Shown here: piece after piece, positions 47,256-56,784 of the stretch
Layout of the letters: every line of letters begins with the position of its first letter
Position numbering within the stretch: position 1 is the first letter of the stretch
Origin: Phycisphaerae bacterium
Lineage (GTDB): Bacteria > Planctomycetota > Phycisphaerae > UBA1845
Assembly: GCA_029260075.1 (NCBI GenBank)
Contig: JAJDDY010000012.1
Coordinates: forward strand, 2,176 to 66,175
Length of the DNA: 64,000 nucleotides
Direction: 5' to 3'
Translations under genes and position numbers: made by a program
Notes under the pieces: generated by a model
The model's input: only the letters and a program-made list of their open reading frames with translations
Told to the model about the DNA's origin: nothing
The model's database searches: none

Positions 47256-48647
47256 ATGAGAATTCTCTTACTCTCGCCGCCATATAAAACGGACTATATG
47301 CGCAACGCACGCTGCGATTTCGTCTCGCTCTCCTCATCGCAGTGGTACCCCCTTTGGTTGGGATACGCCGGCGCCTGGCTGGAACAGCAGGGACACGAAG
47401 TCAAACTCATAGACGCACCCGCCGCCCACCTCGACCACGAAGCCACCACCCGCGTTGTCACCGATTGGCGACCGGATATGTTGGTCGTGTACACCGGTCA
47501 GAAGAGTCGCGCCAATGACGTCCGCGTGGCTGACCGTCTCGCGGAATCGCTGGGTTGCATGACCGTGCTCGTTGGGCCTTACTTTTCAGCTAGTCCTAAA
47601 GAGACGTTTAACGAGTCGCAAGCAGTCAACTACGGAATCGCGGGGGAGTTCGATCATCCGCTGGCTGAGCTTGCGGCTGGTATGCCGCCGTCGGAGATCA
47701 AGAACCTGCTCTACCGTGACGGTGATCGAGTCGTTTGTAACGGTCGCCGACCGTTCCTAACCAGCGAGCAACTCGATGAAATACCGTTTGTCAGCCGGTT
47801 CTTTGATCGACAGATCAACCTGTACGACTACAAGACCATCTCCGAGTATTACCCGTTCGTTGATATCATGAGCGGTCGTGGCTGCCACTGGGGTCAGTGT
47901 ACGTTTTGCCTCTGGGTTCATACGTTCGTTACGGGCAAGACCTACAACCTGAGAAGCGCGGACAATCTCGTCGAAGAGCTGTCGTACATCGAACGCGACC
48001 TGCCGAAGGTGCGATCCATCATGATTCAGGACGACATGATGACCGACGAACGGGCTGAGGAGGTTTGTCGTTTGAAGATCAAGCGCGACATCAAGCTGTC
48101 GTGGTCGTGCTATGCGCGGTGCAACCTGAGCTTGGACGTGATGAAGCTTATGAAGAAGGCCGGCTGTCGCAACCTCCACGTCGGCTACGAATCGGGCGAT
48201 CCGCAGATCATCAAGAACATCCGCAAGGGCGTCACGCTCGACGTCATGCAGCGATTCACACGCGACGCGAAGAAGGCCGGCCTGCGCATCCACGGCGACT
48301 TCGCCATCGGGTTTCCGGGCGAAACCAAGGAAAGCGTCGACCGGACGATTCTGTTCGCCAAACGCCTGAACCCGCACACCGCACAGTTTCAGTTGGCCAA
48401 CGTGTTGGAGGGCACGCCGTTCTTCGACACCTGCCAATCCAACGGTTGGCTGACGGACGAGGGCGAACCGAACTATCCAACGTTCTCCAACGTCGACATG
48501 CGTGCAGCCGCCAAACGGGCGTATCGATCCTTCTATCTGTCGCCGCGCTGGATGCTGCGGTGCTTGCAACACCCCTACGAGAATTTCTTCGGACGGGTCA
48601 AAACAATGACCGTCGCCCTGCCCGCCATGCTCTGGCGACACTGGTAA
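47256..48647 (+). CDS. B12-binding-domain radical SAM protein (HpnJ-like N-terminal pattern)
   Basis: MRILLLSPPY...SQWYPLWLGYAGAWLEQQGHEVKLIDAP and GRGCHWGQCTFCLW. From memory the pattern resembles HpnJ-type class B rSAM enzymes. Not verified. Confidence 0.8.
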   Translation: MRILLLSPPYKTDYMRNARCDFVSLSSSQWYPLWLGYAGAWLEQQGHEVKLIDAPAAHLDHEATTRVVTDWRPDMLVVYTGQKSRANDVRVADRLAESLGCMTVLVGPYFSASPKETFNESQAVNYGIAGEFDHPLAELAAGMPPSEIKNLLYRDGDRVVCNGRRPFLTSEQLDEIPFVSRFFDRQINLYDYKTISEYYPFVDIMSGRGCHWGQCTFCLWVHTFVTGKTYNLRSADNLVEELSYIERDLPKVRSIMIQDDMMTDERAEEVCRLKIKRDIKLSWSCYARCNLSLDVMKLMKKAGCRNLHVGYESGDPQIIKNIRKGVTLDVMQRFTRDAKKAGLRIHGDFAIGFPGETKESVDRTILFAKRLNPHTAQFQLANVLEGTPFFDTCQSNGWLTDEGEPNYPTFSNVDMRAAAKRAYRSFYLSPRWMLRCLQHPYENFFGRVKTMTVALPAMLWRHW

Positions 48648-48684
48648 GGCCGTGCGTGAGAAAACGTATTAGCGGGTTGGCGAT

Positions 48685-48768
48685 GAACCGAGCCGCGCCC
48701 GTGAGGAAGCGGAAGTTTGAGAAGCGGCCGGGACAGCTTGAAACCACTCCTTCACGCTCGCGGCTCGG
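48685..48768. repeat. Family-A element, copy A6 (loop subtype 2)
   Basis: GAACCGAGCCGCGCCCGTGAGGAAGCGGAAGTTTGAGAAGCGGCCGGGACAGCTTGAAACCACTCCTTCACGCTCGCGGCTCGG. Confidence 0.8.
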
Positions 48769-48891
48769 ATCGGACGAACCCGCCACTTACGGCGTGACGA
48801 AGCGCTAGTGGGGCTGAACCACTGGCGAATTCGTCCGCGATCGCATAGACTTGCCGTATAGGGCGACGCACGTCGTCCACGGAGTAGATTG

Positions 48892-50187
48892 ATGCCCAGA
48901 GAATTCAAACTGCCCGATCTCGGCGAAGGGATCGCGGAAGCCCAAATCATTCGCGTCCTGGTCAAAAAGGGCGAAACCATCGCCGAAGACCAGTACCTTT
49001 TCGAGGTCGAGACGGATAAAGCCGCTGTGGAGGTACCCTCCCCATTCGCCGGCGTGGTCACGGACGTCCACATCGAAGAAGGGCAGACGATTAACGTCGG
49101 CGACGTGGTGATTACGTTCGACGACGGAGCCGGAAGCGCGACCAAAAAATCTGCTGCGCCGGCTGTCAAAGCCGCCGCACAAGCTGCCTCGCCGGCCAAC
49201 GGATCGACCACGGCCGTCATGACGGCTGTGGCTGCACCGCCCGTAGCGCCGCCCGCGCCCAAGAGCAAACGCACAACCGCCGTTCCCGCGTCACCGGCCG
49301 TTCGCCGACTGGCGCGCGAAAACGGAATCGACCTGACTACCGTGCGCGGAAGCGGCCCCGGCGGTCGCGTCGTGAAGGCGGACGTGGAAGGACATTCGTC
49401 CACAGCCATTGCCTCGGCGGCTGTTCCCTCGGCGCCGATGCGATCCGCACCGGAGATGCTACCCGGCGAGCCGGGCGCCGATCAGTGGGGTCCGATTCGA
49501 ACGGAGTCGATCAGTCAGATTCGCAAGACCATTGCGCGGCAGATGAGCCTAGCGGCGTTTACCGCTGTTCACGTCACGCACTGCGACGAGGTCGACATAA
49601 CGGACCTCGAACGCATACGCCGCCGCCTCAACGAAGCCACCGACAACAACCCTAAGTTAACCGTCATGTCGTTCGTCATTCGGGCGACGTGTCTGGCGCT
49701 CAAGAGGCACCCGGTGTTTAACGCTTCGTTCGACGTCGACGGCGGACGCATCATCTACAAGGACTACGTCAACCTGGGCATCGCCGTAGATTCTCAGCGC
49801 GGTTTGATCGTCCCGGTGATCCGCAACGCCCACGGTTTGAAGCTGAACGGCGTGGCCGATTCGCTTCGATCACTCGCCGATCAGATTCGCACGAGTCGGT
49901 TCACCATCGAAGACTTGCGCGGCGGAACGTTCACTATTACTAACGTCGGCGCGTTGGGTGGCACGGTCAGCACGCCGATCATTAACTTCCCGGAAGTGGC
50001 CATCCTCGGCGTGGGGCGGTCGCGAAAGATGCCCGTGGTGCGCGACGATCGCATCACGACGGCGCTTATGCTGCCGATCAATCTTTCGTTCGATCATCGT
50101 GTGACCGATGGTGCAAACGCCGCGCGGTTTGCGGGCGACATCATTCGCTATCTTCAGGCGCCGGAATTGCTACTCCTGGAAGGTTGA
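48892..50187 (+). CDS. Dihydrolipoamide acyltransferase (E2 of a 2-oxoacid dehydrogenase complex)
   Basis: ATG 48892 after GGAG. Lipoyl domain EVETDKAAVEVPSP, Ala/Pro linker, E3-binding PAVRRLARENGIDL and catalytic DHRVTDGANAARF. Confidence 0.93.
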   Translation: MPREFKLPDLGEGIAEAQIIRVLVKKGETIAEDQYLFEVETDKAAVEVPSPFAGVVTDVHIEEGQTINVGDVVITFDDGAGSATKKSAAPAVKAAAQAASPANGSTTAVMTAVAAPPVAPPAPKSKRTTAVPASPAVRRLARENGIDLTTVRGSGPGGRVVKADVEGHSSTAIASAAVPSAPMRSAPEMLPGEPGADQWGPIRTESISQIRKTIARQMSLAAFTAVHVTHCDEVDITDLERIRRRLNEATDNNPKLTVMSFVIRATCLALKRHPVFNASFDVDGGRIIYKDYVNLGIAVDSQRGLIVPVIRNAHGLKLNGVADSLRSLADQIRTSRFTIEDLRGGTFTITNVGALGGTVSTPIINFPEVAILGVGRSRKMPVVRDDRITTALMLPINLSFDHRVTDGANAARFAGDIIRYLQAPELLLLEG

Positions 50188-50287
50188 TCGCTTCGCGGTC
50201 CGGTGGCGTCGACTAGCGGCGTCCTCATTCAACGGAGGCGATCGCCTAGGGAACTACAGATTGGGGCCGGGCGGTACGTTGTCTTCG

Positions 50288-50410
50288 GACGTGTATGAGA
50301 AGGACCGTTGCGAACCGAGCCGCGACCGTGAGGGAGCGGTTGTTCGCCGCGCACATGGACCGCTTCCTTGCGGGCGCGGCTCCGAAAGACCCTCTTAGGC
50401 ACGGTCCTAA
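50288..50410. repeat. Family-A element, copy A7 (between E2 and E3 genes)
   Basis: GAACCGAGCCGCGACCGTGAGGGAGCGGTTGTTCGCCGCGCACATGGACCGCTTCCTTGCGGGCGCGGCTCCG, with outer arms AGGACCGT/ACGGTCCT. Confidence 0.8.
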
Positions 50411-50486
50411 CAGAAGAATATGAATCCGGACGATTGACCGATCAGGCTGGGGGTCGCCTGAACACAGATAGCAGGGACGCAATCGC

Positions 50487-51878
50487 ATGGTTGTAGGTGA
50501 GTTTACGCAGGACGCAGATTTGTTGATCATCGGCGGTGGTCCCGGCGGCTACCACGCGGCGTTTCGCGCCGCCGCGGGTGGAATCGCCACCACCATTATC
50601 GACGCCGAGCCGGGACTGGGCGGCGTCTGTCTTCACCGTGGCTGTATCCCTTCTAAGACCTACCTCAGCCTGGCCGAAACCGTTCACGCGGCCGCCGCCG
50701 CCAAGTCGATGGGCATCGACTTCGGCAAACCGAAATTCGACATCGACGCCATTCGTGGGTGGAAGGAACAGGTCGTATCCAAGCTCGTCGGCGGGCTCGA
50801 TGCGCTGTGCAAGAAGCACGGCGTGGATCGTGTTCGCGGAGTGGCCAAGTTCGAGGACGGCAAGCATGTGGCTGTCAGCGGCGCCGACGTATCGCGCATC
50901 AAGTTCCGTCGTGCGATCATCGCGACCGGCTCTCGCTCGATCGAGCTTCGCGGCGTGCAGATCGAGTCGCCACGGGTGATGACATCGAAGGGCGCGCTGG
51001 AACTAGCGGACGTCCCGAAAACGCTCCTCGTGATCGGCGGTGGGTACATCGGTCTCGAGCTAAGTCAGGTCTACGCTGCGCTGGGTTCGAAAGTCACCGT
51101 CGTGGAAATGACAGGCGGCTTGTTGGCCGGCGTCGACGGCGATTTGGCCAGACCGCTCCTCAAGCGACTCAAAGACGAGCTGCACGAAATATGCCTCGAA
51201 ACCAAAGTGACGGGCATGAAAGAGGTCAAGGGTGGAATCGAGCTGACCTTCGATGGCAAGAAGCCGCCGAAGGCTCAACGGTTTGATAAGGTCTTGGTGG
51301 CCGTCGGTCGCAGGCCGAACTCTTCGACGCTCGACCTGGACAAAGCCGGCGTGGCGGTGGACGACCGGGGATTCATCAACGTCGATGAAGGCTTTCTCAC
51401 CTCTGGACCAAAGATTTGGGCCATCGGCGACGTGATCGGTAACCCCATGTTGGCGCACAAGGCGTTGCACGAGGGCATGGTCGTCGCCGACATCCTGCTG
51501 GGCAAAGACGCCGTGTTTGAACCACAGGCCATTCCGGCGGTCGTCTTCACCGATCCGGCCATCGCATGGGCAGGTTGCACCGAAGTCGAAGCCAAGGCAG
51601 CCGGTCTCGACGTCGTCATCAAGAAGACGCCGTGGGCAGCCTCCGGGCGAGCCGTGGCCATGGGTCGAACAGACGGCCTGACCAAGCTCATCTGCGATCG
51701 ATCCACCGGACGCGTTCTCGGCGTGGGAATCACCGGTGTTCACGCCGGGGAGATGATTTCCGAAGCCGTGCTCGCCATCGAAATGGGTGCCGTCGCGTAC
51801 GACTTGGCCACAATCATCCATCCCCACCCCACGCTTTCGGAATCCCTGGGCGATACCGCCCACCTCATCCCGAGTTAG
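50487..51878 (+). CDS. lpdA: Dihydrolipoyl dehydrogenase (E3)
   Basis: FAD motif LLIIGGGPGGY, redox disulfide GGVCLHRGCIPSK, NAD motif LLVIGGGYIGLE and C-terminal HPHPTLSE. Confidence 0.95.
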   Translation: MVVGEFTQDADLLIIGGGPGGYHAAFRAAAGGIATTIIDAEPGLGGVCLHRGCIPSKTYLSLAETVHAAAAAKSMGIDFGKPKFDIDAIRGWKEQVVSKLVGGLDALCKKHGVDRVRGVAKFEDGKHVAVSGADVSRIKFRRAIIATGSRSIELRGVQIESPRVMTSKGALELADVPKTLLVIGGGYIGLELSQVYAALGSKVTVVEMTGGLLAGVDGDLARPLLKRLKDELHEICLETKVTGMKEVKGGIELTFDGKKPPKAQRFDKVLVAVGRRPNSSTLDLDKAGVAVDDRGFINVDEGFLTSGPKIWAIGDVIGNPMLAHKALHEGMVVADILLGKDAVFEPQAIPAVVFTDPAIAWAGCTEVEAKAAGLDVVIKKTPWAASGRAVAMGRTDGLTKLICDRSTGRVLGVGITGVHAGEMISEAVLAIEMGAVAYDLATIIHPHPTLSESLGDTAHLIPS

Positions 51879-51911
51879 CGCACGGCCGCGCCTTATGTGG
51901 CGCGTTCGTCC

Positions 51912-51996
51912 GAACCGAGCCGCGACCGTAAGGAAGCGGAAGTTTGAGGTCCGGCCGGGACCGCTTGAAACCACTCCCTTACGGTCGCGGCTCGGT
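51912..51996. repeat. Family-A element, copy A8 (loop subtype 2)
   Basis: GAACCGAGCCGCGACCGTAAGGAAGCGGAAGTTTGAGGTCCGGCCGGGACCGCTTGAAACCACTCCCTTACGGTCGCGGCTCGG. Confidence 0.8.
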
Positions 51997-52025
51997 AAGT
52001 TCGTCGTTCTAGCTGTGACGTAGCA

Positions 52026-54209
52026 CTAGCGCGGTTCGTCGCGTAATCTACGCTCCTCTTCTGCCGCTTGTCGTGACCCCTCCGTGTCTCCGAGTTCGCT
52101 CAGCACGACCGAAAGAAACCCGTACGCATCCGCGTCGCGCGGGTTCAGGTCGATGGCACGGCGGATGTGCGGGACGGCGTCCGCCGGACGACCGGCCATG
52201 AACGTGGCTACGCCGAGATTGTAGTGGGCGAGCGCGAAGGAGGGGTCGGCGGTTGCGGCGTCTTCAAGATGTGTGATGGCCTCCTCAATCTCGCGCCGAT
52301 TGAGCATGGCCATGCCAAGGTGGTAATGGACCGTGTGCAAATCTGGGTCGAGCTTCGCGGCTGTGCGCAGCGCTTCGATACCTTCATCCGTACGACCGAC
52401 CTGCAGCGCCGTGATTCCGAGTAACGCATGCCCCGGCGCGAAGTCGGGATGTCGTTGTACCAAGGCCATCAGTTCCGCGATGGCATCGTCCGTCCGTCCG
52501 ATTCTCGTGAGCAGTTGCGCCAGTGACATGGACCATTCCGTCTCATCCGGGCGGGCGTCGATGCCACTGCGGTATACGGTGATGGCGTCATCGAATCGGT
52601 CTTCGTCAATGAGCATCGAGGCCAGTTCGCGGCGGGCCGCCGAAAACGACACATCCAACGACAGTGCTTTGTCGTACGACTGCTGTGCCTCGTCGATGGC
52701 ACCCTGCCGGCGACGGACACCAGCTAGGCCACGGTAGGCGCCGGCGAACTTAGGCGCAATGTCGATCAAGCGGTGCAGCGCCGCCTCGGCGCGATCACAT
52801 TGATCCTTGGCAAGGTACAACCACACCAGATCGACAAGCACGTCCGGCGTGGTCATGAGGCCCCACCGATCGGGGCGCCTAAGCAGCGCCACAGCCTCAT
52901 CAGCCTCGCGCCGTTGCGCTGCCGATGCGTCTCGCCACCACGCACTGTTGGCGTACCAGACGTCGTCGCTGATCGACAGCTTGGTCATGGCTTGATGCCC
53001 GCGCCACGCGGCGGACTGTACCGCGGCACTGTGTCCGAGCAGGACGAACGTCGCCGCCGCAATCACGACCGCCCAAGCGCCGGACTTCGTCAACCGCCCA
53101 CCACGCTTGAGTTGAAGATTCTGAAAACGCACGTTGCTGTCGCGAATAAGACGGAGGGTCTTGATGGCGGCGAAGGCGGTCATGGCCGCCAGCGCCATGG
53201 CGAGAAGCAGCGGGATGCGTCCATACAGCCCGCGACATGTTCCCAGCGTCACCAGACCCACAACGATCGCGATCAGCTCCTCGCCGATGGAGAAATCGAA
53301 GCGCGACGCCGACGCGATACGTCGGACCTGTGCAGCCACCGGCGGTGTCGCCAATCCAAAGTGCAACGCGTCGTTGGGGCAAACGCTGACGCAGTCCATG
53401 CACTTCATACAACCCGGATCGACGACCATGCCGTACTTGGCGACCTCTTCGTGAACGCGGACGTTGGATGTACACGCCGCCGTGCAATGGCCGCAATGCT
53501 GACATGCGTCTGTCACCAAAATGCGACCGGTGGCGACTTGGTCCAGTACGCGGAAGAAGCCGCCGTAGGGACAGGCGTACGTGCAGAAACCCTTCGAGCC
53601 GAGAAAATAGACGATGACGAATCCACAGAACACGACCGACAGAACGGCGACGACCAGACCGGGAAACGTGGCCCAATAGGTTGTCGTCATGAGATGGTTC
53701 GACAGCGCCGGTCGGACGCCGCCCATCCACGCCCGGTAAGCGCTTGGCCAGACGAACATGTACACCGCCAGAGCGAACGGCGCGAACACGAGGAATCGCG
53801 AGCGAAACGGCTTGGGTTTGATCCCCGCGCGTCTGAGCAACCAGGCGCAGAAGTCTTGATAGGCGATGAGGTGACATCCCCATCCACAGACGAACCGACC
53901 CAGCGAGAGCGTTGCGACGAGGGCCAGCACGAAGAAGATGAATCCGGCGTTGACGTGGCCGTCGTTGAGCGTGTACATCGCTTCCGACGGTTCGATCGGA
54001 GACAGCGTCTCGCCACGGATCAGCCAATGAACGACGTGACCGATCATCAGGGCGTGAACCGTGATCAGCGAGGTCGCCCGCCATCGGCTCATACGCGAGC
54101 GGCGCACGGGACCAGCCGCATTGGGCAGGACCGGTAGGGACGCGCCGGTCGCGCTTGGTCTTCGCTCTGTGCGGTTTGGCTGAGATGTCGGTGTGTCGTT
54201 TGCCATCAT
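52026..54209 (-). CDS. Membrane polyferredoxin (NapH/MauN-like 4Fe-4S protein) fused to a C-terminal TPR domain
   Basis: CGWGCH, CTYACPYGG, CQHCGHCTAAC and CMKCMDCVSVCP motifs within a multi-TM N-terminal half. The C-terminal ~330 aa carry repeated TPR-like units (A..Y..AL..DP..A.A...LG). Confidence 0.8.
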   Translation of the reverse strand: MMANDTPTSQPNRTERRPSATGASLPVLPNAAGPVRRSRMSRWRATSLITVHALMIGHVVHWLIRGETLSPIEPSEAMYTLNDGHVNAGFIFFVLALVATLSLGRFVCGWGCHLIAYQDFCAWLLRRAGIKPKPFRSRFLVFAPFALAVYMFVWPSAYRAWMGGVRPALSNHLMTTTYWATFPGLVVAVLSVVFCGFVIVYFLGSKGFCTYACPYGGFFRVLDQVATGRILVTDACQHCGHCTAACTSNVRVHEEVAKYGMVVDPGCMKCMDCVSVCPNDALHFGLATPPVAAQVRRIASASRFDFSIGEELIAIVVGLVTLGTCRGLYGRIPLLLAMALAAMTAFAAIKTLRLIRDSNVRFQNLQLKRGGRLTKSGAWAVVIAAATFVLLGHSAAVQSAAWRGHQAMTKLSISDDVWYANSAWWRDASAAQRREADEAVALLRRPDRWGLMTTPDVLVDLVWLYLAKDQCDRAEAALHRLIDIAPKFAGAYRGLAGVRRRQGAIDEAQQSYDKALSLDVSFSAARRELASMLIDEDRFDDAITVYRSGIDARPDETEWSMSLAQLLTRIGRTDDAIAELMALVQRHPDFAPGHALLGITALQVGRTDEGIEALRTAAKLDPDLHTVHYHLGMAMLNRREIEEAITHLEDAATADPSFALAHYNLGVATFMAGRPADAVPHIRRAIDLNPRDADAYGFLSVVLSELGDTEGSRQAAEEERRLRDEPR

Positions 54210-54414
54210 GTTCGATCAGGGGGACGCTCCACCATGGACCCGACGGAGCATCGGTCGGCCCGCCCGACCTGCAATTATACCTTCATCGACCGCGAACCCG
54301 GACCAACCGAACCGGAATCTCGATTCGGAGGCCGAAACCCCTTGCGGTTGGGCTCGATGAACGAAACAATGACTCCGTTTGGAACAAAGTCCGTCGCATC
54401 TTGGATCATCACTG

Positions 54415-56727
54415 ATGAGCAACGATCCGGAAACCGCCGCAAAGGTTCGCCAGCGCCTGACTGAACACCTCGAGCTGCGCCCCAACATCGCCGAACGCAT
54501 CCACAGGGAACTGCTCGTCGAGCTTCATCGGCGCAGCGTCGTGGGTATCGATACGATTCAAGACGAGGCGCACAAGCGAACCGGTCACGCTGCGCGAGAG
54601 GTCGTTACCGACCCCAACCAAGCCGAGCGCGACCGATGGGACGAGCACGAGCGCGATCTCGTCGTCGAGATTACGCGGGAGTACGTCGAGCAACACTTCA
54701 ACGTCGCCGACGTCGATGACTTGGTCAACCTGGCGCTCAAGCGCGAGGAGGTGCAACGCCTCGAATATATCGCCACGCAGGCCGGCGTCTCCTTCGGTGA
54801 ATTGAGGGAGAAAATTCGCCGGTTCTGCGAGCTGCCGATGGGTGAAACGAGGCTCGCACCGGCGGACGTGCTCGGCACGCGCGTCGCCCTAACGCGCCAC
54901 TTGATAAGCGATCAACTCGAGTTTCTCGGCGTCGCCAAGTACCACCTTCGAATTCGAGACTTCGACGATATCACTGGTCGAACCATCGGCGGCGACAAAG
55001 GCATGGGGCGCATCGGCGGCAAAGCCGGCGGTATGCTTCTTGCCTACCGAACCCTCGCCGACGCGGAAGAGGGCACTGAGCCCTACCTGCCCATCGCCAT
55101 TCCGGATTCCTATTTTCTACGAAGCGACGTCGTCGAAGAGTTCATGCAGCTCAACCGCCTCAACGAGTACCAAAGTCAAAAATACAAACCGTTGGATCAC
55201 GTGGCCCGGGAGTATCCGCTGATCAAAGGCCTGTTCCGCAACGGTGATTTTCCGGTAAGAATAATCCACGAGTTGCGCGACGTGCTGAACCGGTGGGGCC
55301 ACGACCCGGTGATCGTCCGGTCGTCAAGCCTGTTGGAAGATCGCTTCGGCACCGCGTTCAGCGGCAAGTATGCCAGCATTTTCGTCGGCAATCAGGGCAC
55401 GGTTGAGCAGCGCCTACACGCCTTACTCGGAGCCATAGCGGAAGTCTACGCCAGTATTCTCGCGCCCGACCCGATCCTCTATCGCAAAGAGCACAATCTG
55501 ATCGACTACGTCGAGGATATGGCCGTGCTTATTCAACGCGTCGTTGGCGTGCGCGTCGGCGATTACCTCTTTCCGCCGGTGGCGGGCGTGGCGTTTTCTC
55601 GTAACGAATATCGTTGGTCGCCGCGGATCGAGCGCCACGACGGCTTGATTCGAATGGTGGTTGGTCTGGGTACGCGCGCCGTTGATCGAAGCGGTGCGGA
55701 ATATCCGCGCATGGTGGCGCTGGGTTCGCCGACACTTCGTCCGGAATCGACGGTCCAGGAAATATGGCGCGGCGCGCAGCGAACCGTGGACGTCGTCGAC
55801 CTGAAGCGTAACCGTCTGCGTTCCGTGAAGTTTCAAGACCTTCCGCTCGGCGATCCCGGTTTCCCCATGCTGGATCAACTGATCTCCGTCTACCGGGACG
55901 GCGAATTGTACGTCCCACCCGGGCGGCACATCGACGCCGATCCGGAACAGTTCTGCATCACGTTCGACAAACTGATCCGCACGACTCCATTCGTCGAGCG
56001 CGTGCGTGACATGCTTAAGCGGTTGGAAGACGCCTATGGCTTGGCTGTGGATATGGAATTCGCCACCGATGGCGAGAGATTCTATGTCCTGCAGTGTCGC
56101 ACGCTGTCACAGGCGGCGGAAATGGGGCCGGTGACGATTCCTGAGGACATACCCGAAAAAGACATTCTGTTCGATGCCCATCGATACATCCGTACCGGGC
56201 TCGTCGAGAACATCGAGTACATCGTCTATATCGATCCGAGGGCGTACGACAAGGTTCCCACGCGCGCGCGACGCATCGAAATCGCCCGCACCGTCGGACG
56301 CATCAACCATGCGCTCCCACCGCGCTCGTTCGTCCTGATCGGGCCCGGGCGATGGGGAAGCAACGATATTCGCCTCGGGGTTCCGGTGGGCTACGCCGAC
56401 ATCAACAATTGCCGTCTGCTGATCGAGGTGGCCCGCATGAAGAACGGCTTTGCGCCGGAAGTTTCTTTCGGTACCCATTTTTTCCAGGATCTCATAGAAG
56501 CCAGCATCGACTACCTACCCCTCTACCCCGACGACGAAGGTTGTCGATTCAGCGACGAGTTCTTGAACCACGCGCCCAACAGTTTGGCGAGCGTTCTTCC
56601 CGACTGTGCGAGCCTCGCGGATGAAATTCGCGTGATTCACGTGCCCGCCGTAGCGCAGGGGCGCAAGATGACGGTGGCTATGAACGGAGATGAAGAGCGC
56701 GCCGTCGGATTCCTCGAAGGCCGTTGA
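54415..56727 (+). CDS. PEP/pyruvate-binding (PPDK_N, ATP-grasp) domain protein with an uncharacterised C-terminal domain
   Basis: ATG 54415. GGKAGGMLLA and VIVRSSSLLEDRFGTAFSGKYASIFV match the nucleotide-binding domain of PEP synthase/PPDK. No phospho-His swivel motif was recognised. Confidence 0.8.
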   Translation: MSNDPETAAKVRQRLTEHLELRPNIAERIHRELLVELHRRSVVGIDTIQDEAHKRTGHAAREVVTDPNQAERDRWDEHERDLVVEITREYVEQHFNVADVDDLVNLALKREEVQRLEYIATQAGVSFGELREKIRRFCELPMGETRLAPADVLGTRVALTRHLISDQLEFLGVAKYHLRIRDFDDITGRTIGGDKGMGRIGGKAGGMLLAYRTLADAEEGTEPYLPIAIPDSYFLRSDVVEEFMQLNRLNEYQSQKYKPLDHVAREYPLIKGLFRNGDFPVRIIHELRDVLNRWGHDPVIVRSSSLLEDRFGTAFSGKYASIFVGNQGTVEQRLHALLGAIAEVYASILAPDPILYRKEHNLIDYVEDMAVLIQRVVGVRVGDYLFPPVAGVAFSRNEYRWSPRIERHDGLIRMVVGLGTRAVDRSGAEYPRMVALGSPTLRPESTVQEIWRGAQRTVDVVDLKRNRLRSVKFQDLPLGDPGFPMLDQLISVYRDGELYVPPGRHIDADPEQFCITFDKLIRTTPFVERVRDMLKRLEDAYGLAVDMEFATDGERFYVLQCRTLSQAAEMGPVTIPEDIPEKDILFDAHRYIRTGLVENIEYIVYIDPRAYDKVPTRARRIEIARTVGRINHALPPRSFVLIGPGRWGSNDIRLGVPVGYADINNCRLLIEVARMKNGFAPEVSFGTHFFQDLIEASIDYLPLYPDDEGCRFSDEFLNHAPNSLASVLPDCASLADEIRVIHVPAVAQGRKMTVAMNGDEERAVGFLEGR

Positions 56728-56784
56728 GGCGCGGGCGTCAGCAGTTAATGCGTTGTCACGACTCAAGTGACGGGTTGGTCCGAT

